DNA of 64,000 nucleotides from Flavobacterium sp. (GTDB lineage Bacteria; Bacteroidota; Bacteroidia; Flavobacteriales; Flavobacteriaceae): NCBI GenBank assembly GCA_036676965.1, contig JAKFBW010000055.1, positions 3,567 to 67,566 of the forward strand, read 5' to 3'. Shown piece by piece: positions 47,510 to 58,500 of this stretch (position 1 is its first letter; each line of letters starts with the position of its first letter). The notes under the pieces were generated by a model. It saw only the letters and a program-made list of their open reading frames with translations, ran no database searches and was not told where the DNA came from. The position numbers and the translations under genes were made by a program.

Positions 47510-47542
47510 AAACCCGACAGATTTTAAAAATCTGTCGGGTTT
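47510..47542. repeat. Perfect REP-like palindrome AAACCCGACAGATTTT-A-AAAATCTGTCGGGTTT
   Basis: 16-bp arms, 1-nt centre; downstream of mfd. Confidence 0.75.
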
Positions 47543-47590
47543 AGAACGGATATATTACTTAATCCCTATTCACAAAAAGCTCGTATCTTG

Positions 47591-50500
47591 TTACTCCCCC
47601 AACATTTCCATCAACTCCAAAGCTTTTCGGGTAGACTTCACATTATCAAAAGTCAATAGCAAACGCAAGCCGTTAGGCGTTTGTTTTTCTTTCATCTTAC
47701 AAAGGCTACTTTGTTTTTGCACAAACTGCAATACTTTATGAAAACGGGCGGAGTGGTAATAATCCGATTGCTGGTCGGAGACGAAATAGCCAATCATCTT
47801 ACCCTGTTTCATCACCAATTTTTCGATTCCTACACTGGTAGCAATCCATTTGATGCGGATACTGTTCATTAATGCAATCGCTCTTGGCGGCATAGGCCCA
47901 AAACGGTCAATAAGTCTTTTCTGGAACAATTGCAATTCTTCCTCGTTCTTGATGGCGCCCAATTCGTTATACAAATTCAATCGCTCGCTAATATTATTGA
48001 TGTATTCATCGGAGAACAACAACTCAAAATCGGTGTCGATTTGAAGGTCTTTGACGTATTCCTTGGTATCGATATCATTTTCCTCCGGGTACAGATCCTT
48101 GAATTCGTTTTCCTTCAATTCATCGATGGCTTCGTTCATGATTTTTTGGTAGGTGTCAAAACCAATCTCGTTGATAAAACCAGATTGTTCTCCACCCAAT
48201 AAATCCCCGGCACCGCGAATCTCCAAATCTTTCATCGCTATGTTAAATCCGCTGCCGAGTTCACTGAATTGCTCCAAAGCCTGGATTCGTTTTCGAGCAT
48301 CATCCGTCATCGCCGAATAGGGTGGACAAATGAAATAACAAAACGCCTTTTTGTTGCTACGTCCTACCCGACCGCGCATTTGATGCAAATCAGACAGCCC
48401 GAAATTATTGGCATTATTGATAAAAATCGTATTCGCATTCGGAACGTCCAGACCACTTTCGATAATGGTGGTCGCCACCAAAACATCAAATTCCCCGTTC
48501 ATAAATGCCAACATGAGTTCTTCGAGTTTTTTTCCCTCCATCTGGCCGTGACCGATTCCCACCCGGGCGTTAGGCACCAAACGCTGGATCATTCCGGCAA
48601 TTTCCTTGATATTTTCGATGCGGTTATTGATGAAAAAAACCTGTCCGTTGCGCTGAATTTCATATGAAATCGCATCGCGGATAATCTCTTCGTTAAAACC
48701 AACCACATTCGTCTCAATGGGATATCTGTTGGGCGGCGGCGTCGTAATTACCGATAAATCCCGCGCTGCCATCAACGAAAACTGTAAGGTTCTCGGAATG
48801 GGCGTAGCCGTCAACGTCAGTGTATCGACATTGGCCGCAATGGTTTTGAGTTTGTCTTTTACGTTAACCCCAAATTTTTGTTCCTCGTCTACAATCAGTA
48901 GTCCCAAATCTTTGAAAACCACATTTTTGTTGACCAGTTGATGGGTTCCAATCACGATATCAAGCTTGCCTTCGGCCAGTTGTTTTAAAGTTTCTGATTT
49001 TTGTTTGGCGGTCCTGAAGCGATTCAAATAACCTACCGAAACCGGCATATCTTTCAATCGTTCCGAGAAAGTGCGGTAATGCTGGTAGGCCAAAATAGTC
49101 GTTGGCACCAAAATAGCCACTTGTTTGCTGTTATCCACCGCTTTGAAAGCCGCACGGATAGCCACCTCGGTTTTACCAAAACCAACATCCCCACAAACCA
49201 AACGATCCATCGGGCGATCGCTTTCCATATCGGCTTTTACCTCCTGGGTCGATTTGGTTTGGTCTGGCGTATCTTCGTAAATAAACGAACTCTCTAATTC
49301 ATTTTGCAAATAACTGTCGGGCGCAAACTGGAATCCTTTCTCCAATCGCCTTTTGGCATACAACTGAATCAGATTGAAGGCTATATGTTTGACCCTTGCC
49401 TTGGTTTTTTGTTTTAAGACTTTCCAGGCATTCGAACCCAATTTGTAAATCTTGGGTGGCGTGCCGTCTTTTCCGTTGTATTTCGAAATTTTATGCAGCG
49501 AATGAATACTCACATACACAATATCATTATCGGCATAGACCAACTTAATTGTCTCTTGGGTTTTGCCTTCGACCTGTATTTTTTGTAAACCGCCAAATTT
49601 CCCGATTCCGTGGTCGATATGTGTCACATAATCGCCAACCGAAAGTGTGGTTAACTCTTTTAACGTAATATTCTGCTTTTTCGAATACCCATTTTTGATG
49701 TTGAATTTATGATAGCGTTCAAAAATCTGGTGATCAGTATAGCAAGTGATTTGGTTTTCCTCATCAATAAAACCCTGATACAATGGCAATACGATTGTGT
49801 TGTATTGCTTGCGGATGTTCTCGGAATTGGCCTCATCTAAAGTTTTTGACCCTTTTTTTATTGTTTTTGATTGGTGGTCAAGAACCGTCTCATTAACTTT
49901 ACTTTTCTGAATGAAATTTTCGTCTAAGACGGTTTCAAAAATATCATGAAAGCGTTTGGCCTGGGCTTCATTCGAACAAAACAAATAATTTTTATAGCCG
50001 TTAAAATGATTCTCATTCAGATTATTCAACAACAAATCGAATTGCTTATTGAATGACGGTTGCGGCTGAATGTGAAATTCGAATTGTTTGGTGCTTTTAA
50101 AGATGGGCTTCGAACCCAATTCCACAATCGAAAAATCTAAGGCCCTTTTGACAAAAGCACGCTGATTCAGGAACAATTGCTCCGGTGAGGCATGTTTAAT
50201 TTCTTTCGATAATTTTTCGAATGCTTCTTCGGCTTTGGCAAATTGTTTGTCTAATTGGGACAGGAAATCTTCAGTATTCTGAATAAACAAAACCGTTTTC
50301 TCCGAAATATAATCCAGGAAACTTTCCCGGTTTTCCTGAAAAATCTTGTTTTCGACATTGGGAATGATCGTGATTTTTTTCTGGATTTCTATCGACAACT
50401 GGGTGGCCACATCAAAGGTTCGAATACTGTCGACCTCGTTCCCGAAAAACTCAATCCGGTACGGATTATCATTCGAAAACGAAAACACATCCACGATTCC

Positions 50501-51046
50501 GCCACGCACGGAAAACTCTCCCGGTTCGGTAATAAAATCAACCCGTTTGAATTCATATTCGAACAGGACTTCATTGATAAAATCGATAGAAATTTTATCC
50601 CCGACACTTACTTTGAGGGTGTTTTTATCTAATTCCTTACGGGTTACCACTTTTTCAAAAAGGGCTTCGGGATAACTGACAATAATCGCCGGTTTTTTAC
50701 GGGAATTGATTCGGTTGAGCACCTCGGCACGCAACAGCACATTGGCATTATCCGTCTCCTCAATTTGATACGGACGGCGAAAGGATCCCGGATAAAACAA
50801 CACATCCTGGTCGCCAATCATCTGTTCCAAGTCATTCAAATAATACGCCGCTTCTTCCTTATTGTTCAAAATAATCAAAAAAGGAAGTTCCGCCTTCTTA
50901 AAAACAGAACGGATAATAAACGAAAATGAAGATCCCAACAATCCGGAAAGATTCATTTTTACCTGATTATTCCCTTGCAACTGCGCTACTATCTGTACCG
51001 TTTTGGGAGAATTATCGTAAACCGTATATAAATTTTTTTTACTCAA
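47591..51046 (-). CDS. mfd: Transcription-repair coupling factor
   Basis: GEFSVRGGIVD, VGDYVTHIDHGIGKF, GDVGFGKTE, DEEQKFGV, TATPIPRTL, DLEIRGAGDLLG; TTG start. Confidence 0.97.
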   Translation of the reverse strand: MSKKNLYTVYDNSPKTVQIVAQLQGNNQVKMNLSGLLGSSFSFIIRSVFKKAELPFLIILNNKEEAAYYLNDLEQMIGDQDVLFYPGSFRRPYQIEETDNANVLLRAEVLNRINSRKKPAIIVSYPEALFEKVVTRKELDKNTLKVSVGDKISIDFINEVLFEYEFKRVDFITEPGEFSVRGGIVDVFSFSNDNPYRIEFFGNEVDSIRTFDVATQLSIEIQKKITIIPNVENKIFQENRESFLDYISEKTVLFIQNTEDFLSQLDKQFAKAEEAFEKLSKEIKHASPEQLFLNQRAFVKRALDFSIVELGSKPIFKSTKQFEFHIQPQPSFNKQFDLLLNNLNENHFNGYKNYLFCSNEAQAKRFHDIFETVLDENFIQKSKVNETVLDHQSKTIKKGSKTLDEANSENIRKQYNTIVLPLYQGFIDEENQITCYTDHQIFERYHKFNIKNGYSKKQNITLKELTTLSVGDYVTHIDHGIGKFGGLQKIQVEGKTQETIKLVYADNDIVYVSIHSLHKISKYNGKDGTPPKIYKLGSNAWKVLKQKTKARVKHIAFNLIQLYAKRRLEKGFQFAPDSYLQNELESSFIYEDTPDQTKSTQEVKADMESDRPMDRLVCGDVGFGKTEVAIRAAFKAVDNSKQVAILVPTTILAYQHYRTFSERLKDMPVSVGYLNRFRTAKQKSETLKQLAEGKLDIVIGTHQLVNKNVVFKDLGLLIVDEEQKFGVNVKDKLKTIAANVDTLTLTATPIPRTLQFSLMAARDLSVITTPPPNRYPIETNVVGFNEEIIRDAISYEIQRNGQVFFINNRIENIKEIAGMIQRLVPNARVGIGHGQMEGKKLEELMLAFMNGEFDVLVATTIIESGLDVPNANTIFINNANNFGLSDLHQMRGRVGRSNKKAFCYFICPPYSAMTDDARKRIQALEQFSELGSGFNIAMKDLEIRGAGDLLGGEQSGFINEIGFDTYQKIMNEAIDELKENEFKDLYPEENDIDTKEYVKDLQIDTDFELLFSDEYINNISERLNLYNELGAIKNEEELQLFQKRLIDRFGPMPPRAIALMNSIRIKWIATSVGIEKLVMKQGKMIGYFVSDQQSDYYHSARFHKVLQFVQKQSSLCKMKEKQTPNGLRLLLTFDNVKSTRKALELMEMLGE
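49841..49930. repeat. Putative 90-bp in-frame hairpin-rich insert in mfd
   Basis: Sits between FET and LDEANSE; carries two inverted repeats. Confidence 0.6.
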
Positions 51047-51686
51047 CTCGAGGAATATTTTGATTTGCTGGGGTTATTGTCGTTGAATTATTCGGCATAG
51101 AAGTCGGTGGATAAATACTATTAGGGATGGCTCTTGTGGTATCAAGCATCATCAACATTTCATATTCTCCTTCTTCTACCGGAATCTTGCTTTTTTCATC
51201 AACCTTATTCATTTGTCTTTGCAAGGAAACCAATTCGTTATTGATTTCGGCAATCAGACGAATCACTTTTTTATCCGGAATATTATCCAAATGAATGAAT
51301 ACGTCCAACAATCGGACTTTGGTGGCCAAAGCGGCAACCCTGCTTTTTACCTGTGGTTTATCAAATGGATACGGAACACTGGTAGTCATCAGCGTAACTT
51401 TTTTAGAGAGTTCGGCCGATTTTTTTTGAAAAGCACCGATAGTTTTTTTAGGTTTCCGGGCCAACTCATCTAAAAACATCCGAAATTCATTCCAGGAACC
51501 CATAACAGCTTCGGAAGTGGTATTGATTGGAGTATCATTAAAAATCCATGCTTTTTGAATATTGGTAAAAATGAGTTCCCGCTTTTCCCTGTCTTTTTTA
51601 TTTTCAACCAAGCGCTTTTGATTCTCTTTCTGACAGGAAGACAAGGCGAAAACCAGAAAAAGGAAGGCTATTATTTTATTTTGCAT
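51039..51686 (-). CDS. Conserved hypothetical lipoprotein
   Basis: MQNKIIAFLFLVFALSSC lipobox; coiled-coil-rich. Confidence 0.75.
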   Translation of the reverse strand: MQNKIIAFLFLVFALSSCQKENQKRLVENKKDREKRELIFTNIQKAWIFNDTPINTTSEAVMGSWNEFRMFLDELARKPKKTIGAFQKKSAELSKKVTLMTTSVPYPFDKPQVKSRVAALATKVRLLDVFIHLDNIPDKKVIRLIAEINNELVSLQRQMNKVDEKSKIPVEEGEYEMLMMLDTTRAIPNSIYPPTSMPNNSTTITPANQNIPRVE

Positions 51687-51789
51687 TTGAATTTTCATTA
51701 AACCACAAAGTTACAAAGTATATTAATACTAAAAGAGTCTAAAATTCCTGAAAGCATGTTACAAAAAGTTATTTCAAAATGCTCTTTTT

Positions 51790-51883
51790 GGGCGTTACCC
51801 GCCGCGGCGGGTCGGGTTTTTCGTTTCAATCTTTTGTTTTTTAAAGAAAAAAACAAAAGGATTTTCACTTCAACCCCTAACGC
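51790..51883. repeat. Intergenic two-hairpin element
   Basis: ACCCGCCG-CGGCGGGT palindrome (51797-51812), then ATCTTTTGTTTTTT...AAAAAAACAAAAGGAT stem. Confidence 0.65.
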
Positions 51884-52069
51884 AGCGAACTGGCTGTAAC
51901 ACGTTTTTTTTACGTAAAAATTAGTAAATCGCAAACTAAATCAAAATAAACATAAGAGAAGTACATTTTAAAGTTATTTTTTAAATTACATTAAAAAATA
52001 ACTAAAAGTGGGTATTGTTTATAATGTATAAAAAGAAATAATTTTAGCAAAAATTTTAAAATGCTAAAA

Positions 52070-52528
52070 ATGAATAAATTACTAATTATACCACTGTTAA
52101 TGTTTAGTTTTATAAGTCAAGCACAAATAGCTGACCGCATTACTTTTTCTTATGACGATGCCGGAAACCAAATACAGCGAAAATTATGTATTAATTGTAC
52201 AACTTCCAAAACATCTAACTCTATTCCAAAAGAAATAAGTGAATTGAAAGAGGAAGATTTACAAAAGTTTTCTCCCGAAGATGTAATCTCCTATTATCCC
52301 AATCCTGTAAAGGAAGAATTGTATCTTAAATGGGAACTTGTAAACAATAATGCCGTCACTTCAATTCAAGTATATGGATTAAACGGACAACTGGTGTCTT
52401 CCCATGCCCAACTGGAGAAAAAAAACACCCAAAATATTTCTTTTCAAAGTTATCCCAGAGGTGTTTATGCTGTCATACTATTTTATACAAACGGGGAACA
52501 AAAACCGATTAAAATCATTAAGAAATAA
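52070..52528 (+). CDS. Small T9SS type A C-terminal-domain protein upstream of Rhs
   Basis: Signal peptide; YYPNPVKEELY...IQVYGLNGQLV...GVYAV...KIIKK CTD; short N-terminal FSYDDAGNQIQR YD-like motif. Confidence 0.88.
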   Translation: MNKLLIIPLLMFSFISQAQIADRITFSYDDAGNQIQRKLCINCTTSKTSNSIPKEISELKEEDLQKFSPEDVISYYPNPVKEELYLKWELVNNNAVTSIQVYGLNGQLVSSHAQLEKKNTQNISFQSYPRGVYAVILFYTNGEQKPIKIIKK

Positions 52529-52531
52529 GGT

Positions 52532-55500
52532 ATGAAACAATTTTACTTTGCATTTTTATTTTTAGGGTTCAGTTTGTTTACAAACGCTCAAACTCCTACT
52601 GGAAATTCTACTGAAGTAGGAATAACCGAAGGTCAACTATCGGTTTCCTTGACAGGTGGTGCTACTTATGCAATTCCTATAGCAGTACCTCCTGGGATAA
52701 ATGGGGTTGTGCCCCAAGTAGGTTTGACTTATAATAGTCAAGGCGGTAATGGACTGGCAGGTTATGGCTGGAATATTTCTGGAGTGTCTACTATTACAAG
52801 AATTCCTGCTACCAAGTTTCATGATGGAACAATCGACGCTGTAGATTTTAATAGTATGGATCGTTTTGCTTTTGATGGGCAACGTTTGATTGTAAAGAAT
52901 GGAACAAGTACTTATGGAGCGGATGGAACTGTTTATGAAACGGAAAATTTTTCTAATGTTAAAATTACATCTTATGGGGTACATCCCAGTGGAGCTAATT
53001 ATGGTCCAGCTTATTTTATTATAGAATACCCGGACGGCTCTAAGGCCTATTATGGCAGCACAGCCAATTCTCGATCTATTACTAATTGGGCTATTGAATA
53101 TTGGGAAAATCCACAAGGTGTTAGAATCAGCTATACTTATACATTAGCCAACAACAATTTGAGTATAACTTATATCAAGTACGGCAGTACCGGCACAAAT
53201 ACTCCTATCAATCAAATTCAATTTGTATATAAAGCACGCCAACGACCAGAGCAAGCTTATGTAGGAGGGCAGAGCATTCTTAATAACACGATTTTGAGTA
53301 GTATCGCAGTAACAGGGAATGGTGTAGGTTTTAGGAGTTATCTTTTAACTCATGATTATACCACTATGGGGTATGATCGTTTAACTAAAATTACCGAAAG
53401 TAGTGGAGATGGCACTAAGTCCTATAACCCCACAGTATTTAGTTATGGTACAACAAATGATGCTATTACTTATTCTCCAATTACAACAAATATAAATGTA
53501 AATAATATTTCTTCTATAAATTCAGCTACTGTTACTGGCGATTTCAACGGCGATGGCAAGATGGATTTTTTAGTCTATCCAACTACGGGAACGACCAGTA
53601 AATCTAAATATTGGCTTTTTTATAATCTAGACCCATTAGTAAACCCTAATATAAGTTACGAGCAAAATATAGGGGCCTTTGAGGAAATTTTTGCTACGTC
53701 ATTATTAACCGGGGATGCAGCTGCAGGATATAAATTGATGCCAAAACAAGGATGGACTGTCATTAAAAATAACGTTACAACAAATACCGTTACATTCTCA
53801 AACTATAGTGCAGAAGGGGGAATAAGTCCTGTATTTTTACAATACGAAAAATCAAATCAGTTTCCTCTTTTTTCTTGGGGATATCCAGCAATTTGCGGTA
53901 ATTATTCAAGTTATGTAACCAAAACATATAATGTGCCAAAAAAATTCATCAATGGTGATTTTAATGGTGATGGGCTAACGGATTTGATAGCTATAGACAA
54001 AGAAATATACTATCAATCTGCTTGCGATAGAACATCTTTAAGAAGCGGAGGTCAAAGTTATTTTGTTAATTTAGACAAAAGGTCAGCTACTAACTATGTT
54101 AGTGATGCGGGAACTATTATACCTTCTTCCGCAGATAAATATATAGTCGCTGATTTTAATGGAGATGGAAAATCAGACTTATATGTTTTTAACTACCAAT
54201 CCGTTCGAGTTTATGCATTAAATGATTTAAATCAGTTTATTTTATTATACCAAAATACAACAGCCGATATAGATATCCTTTTTGAAAGACCTGTTTTCAT
54301 GGGGGATTACAATGGAGATGGAAAATCAGACTTTATTATTCCTAAAGGGTATGGTACTAATTATGCTAAGTATATTTCGACAGGGACAAGTTTTATTAAA
54401 ACTAGTGTTACTTATAATATTCCTTATATAGCTAATAGTGGATCTGATTGTTTGATTTCTAACATGATAATCCCAACTGACATTAATGGCGATGGCAAAA
54501 CGGACTTAATTACGTATTCTACCACAGGGTGTAATTCGAATAATACGGGTCAATATTGGATAAGGGTTTGGAATAACATGGATTCTAATTTTGTCAATAC
54601 GGCGACTTATAATACAGGCTCAATCAGTGGTGTTAAACAATATGCTTTACCAATATTTTTATCCTCTGACAGACCTAATTTTAGTCTTGAGTTAGCCGCC
54701 ATATCGGATAATAAAATTTATAGATTTAATTCCCAAAAAGATTTCAATAAAGAACGTTTGCTTCAAACAATAACAACGGGTAATGGTGTTAAAGAATCGA
54801 TTACTTATAGTCCAATTGTAAATGATCCATGTAGTTATAATTGTAAGCCTTTATATAGTTCAAGTAGTGCCATAGAAAACTACCCTAATACGGATATTCC
54901 GGTAGCTCCTTCTTTTCAAGTAGTTTCCAAATTAGAAAAACAAAGTGCAACGGTTTATAAAAAACAACTATTTGCGTATTATGGAGCAGTTTCAAATTTA
55001 GAAGGATTAGGATTTCTAGGTTTCCGAGCGTCTATGAGAACCAATTGGCATGATGATACTAGTACTAACCCTATACTATCGACTGTTTCAAAATTTGATG
55101 TAGGGTTAAGAGGAGCCAATATTGAAAACTATTCTGTTTTGTATTATGCTTCTCCTTACAGTAGTTTTGCGCCAACTGATTATATCTCTAAATCCATTCT
55201 TACCTACAATACTCCTGTTGATGCCTTGCAAGCGAACAAAGTTTTTAAACTCAAAAACACCATTGCGCAGCAGTATAATGGTTTAGATGACACCAGCAGT
55301 GAGACTACTACAATTTATGATAGTTATAATAATCCCACAGCAGCTACCACCTATCTAAAAAACGGAAGTACTACTGAGCAAACTACCATGAACAATGTTG
55401 CTTATGATAACCAACCCTCAGGAACCACTTATTATATTGGACGACCTATCAGTAAAACTTCAAGTGTTACATCATCAGGTGATACAATGACCAGTGAGGA

Positions 55501-58500
55501 ATTATATACGTACACGAATCATTTGTTGACTCAAATAAAGAAAAAAGGACATAATACCAATTATATTACTGAAGATAATAGCTATGATTCCTTTGGAAAT
55601 ATTACTAAAAAAACCATTTCAGCTACAGGATTGACCCCTAGAGAAACGAATTATGAGTACGATACTTCAGGACGATTTTTAACTAAAAGTATTGATGTCG
55701 AAGGATTAGCCACAACTTACAATTACAATACGGCAAGCGGTGTTTTAAATTCCGAAACCAATCCGTATGGGTTGACGACTTCTTATCTGTATGACTCTTG
55801 GTTCAAAAAAACAAAAACTACCGATTATTTAGGGAAGAGTAACACTTATAGTTATACTAGAAGTACAGAGAAAACAATAAAATCGGTAACTGGAGATGAC
55901 GGCAGTTATAGCGAAGAACTCTATGATGATTTAGGACGTAAAATAACCGCCAGTGTAAAAGACCTTAACGGAAATACCTCCAGCGTTTCGTATCTATATG
56001 ATATTTATGATCGTAATTATAAGGTAAGCGAGCCTTATTCTGGAAGTAGTCCTACACAGTGGAACGAAACCCAATACGATGTTTACGGAAGGCCAACCCA
56101 AAATATCAGTTTTACAGGCAAAACCACCAACATCAGTTATTCAGGTTTGACTACTACAATGAATGATGGTACTAAAACCAAAATTGCAACCAAAAATGCC
56201 ATAGGCAATATGGTTACTATGAACGATAGTCCGGGGGGAACTATTACTTATACTTATTTTGCCAACGGCAATCTATTAACCACCAATTATGATGGAGTAG
56301 TCACAACAATCGAGCAAGACGGTTGGGGAAGAAAGACCAAGCTGATAGATCCTTCAGCGGGAACCTACACCTATACCTATAATGATTTTGGGGGAGCTTT
56401 AACGGAAATAACACCAAACGGCACAACAACTTATACGCTAAATGCTGTAGGGAAGCCAACCCAAAAAACAATTGTAGGAACCAATACCAATAGTACAACA
56501 ACCTATACGTATGATAGTACCACCAAATTACCAACGTCAAGTACTTTTGTAGATGCCTTAGAAAATAATGCAACTACAACTACAGCCTATACCTATGACA
56601 GTAATAAAAGATTAATTGAATCAGAGGAAACCACGCCTTATGCCACCTTTACCAAACAACTGACGTATGATGCTTTTGGCAGATTGAATACCGAAACTTC
56701 AATAGCCAGTGCGGCGGGAAAATCAAGTGCAAAAACGGTTCAACATACCTATAAAAACGGACAGCCATGGCAAATAATAGACGCTGCCAGTTCTCAGGTA
56801 TTATGGCAAACCAATACCGTTGATGCCAGAGGGCAACTTACTGGGGCAACCATGGCTAACGATAATATTGCCGTTACCAATACCTATGATTCGTATGGTT
56901 TTGTTTCTCAAACTAAACAGGATAGATTGATTGTTTCTCCGGGAAATATTATGACTCTCACTACTTCTTTTGATCCACAAAAAGGGAATTTGACCAGTAG
57001 AACCAATAGTTTATTTAATTGGAGTGAAAGTTTTACCTATGATTCTTTAGACCGACTTACTTCGTTTAAAAATACAGCGGGAGTAACGGAAGCACAAGAC
57101 TATGATGACCGAGGTCGTATAACACAAAATGCGGTAGGGACTTATAATTATACCAATACTTCCAAAGCGTATCAAAATACTTCGGTAACGGTTACGCCTG
57201 ATGCTTTAGCACATTACCAAACAAACCACGAACAAAACATAAGCTACAACACCTTTAAAAGTCCTTATCAAATAGAGGAAGTAGAAAAAGATAAAATTAG
57301 CTTTACTTACAATGATGCTAATAGTCGTAGTGCCATGTTCTACGGTAGTTTAGATAATAACAAGCTGTTAAGACCCTTACGTAAATACTACTCTGCCGAT
57401 GGCAGTATGGAGATTAAACACAATATTCAAACAGGAGATGTAGAATTTATAACATATATAGGAGGTGATGGTTACACGGCTCCCATAGTGTTAAAAAGCG
57501 ACGGAACCACCCAAAATTATCTATATTTACAACGGGATTATCAAGGCAGCATTGTTGCCATTAGCGATGCTACAGGACAAGTGTTAGAAAAACGATTGTT
57601 TGATGCTTGGGGGAATGTACTGGTACAAGACGGGGCAGGTAATACATTGAGTGGTCTTACTATATTGGATAGAGGTTACACCGGTCATGAGCATTTGCAA
57701 AGCGTGGGGCTCATACACATGAACGGGCGTTTGTACGACCCTAAGTTGCACCGCTTCCTACAACCGGATAATTACGTGCAGGATCCTAATAATACCCAGA
57801 ATTATAATAGATATGGGTATGTGTTGAATAACCCATTACGCTATACAGATCCTACTGGTGAAAACTGGTGGGATAATAACTGGAGAAGTGTAGTTACAGT
57901 TGTAGCGGCTGTTGCCACAGCAGTTGTTATCGTAGCCTCAATGGGTACAGCTACTCCACTTGTAGCCGCTGCTTGGGCAGGTGCAGGCGCAGGATTTGTG
58001 GGTGGAACACTTGGAACTGCTTTAAATGGGGGCAGTTTTTCAGAATCCTTGCTTAGCGGCTTTAAGGGTGCGGCTTTTGGTGCTCTATCCGGCTATTTAG
58101 GAGGTGCAGCCGCCTTAGCGTATGCTCCTGCTGGTGCATTTTCAGGTGCATTATATGGAGGTACGACTAGTTTAACTGTTGGTTCAATTATAAACACATT
58201 ACAAGGAAGACCTACGTTTGAGGGTGCAGCCTTAAATTTTGGATTGGGAGCTATTGGTGGGGGTTATACAGGTTTCAAAGCAGCGCAAGCACAAGGTTTA
58301 AATCCTTGGACAGGCGCACCTAAAACTTCCGTAATTGCAGATAAAATAACAGCAAGCGTTGATGATCAAATTAGTTATGCTAAATCAGTCGCAGCAAATG
58401 CTGAACCTACGAAATCATTTAACAATGAGACCTCTGATTTATTAAAAAATATGCCTTCGGATGGGTTGAAAATAGATATAGGTAATCAGGGCAAGCATAT

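Noticed and set aside
40888-50675. Numerous 60-155 aa ORFs opposite ALDH, nbaC, the nuclease and mfd
   Set aside because: Antisense shadows of well-supported genes with no recognisable motifs.
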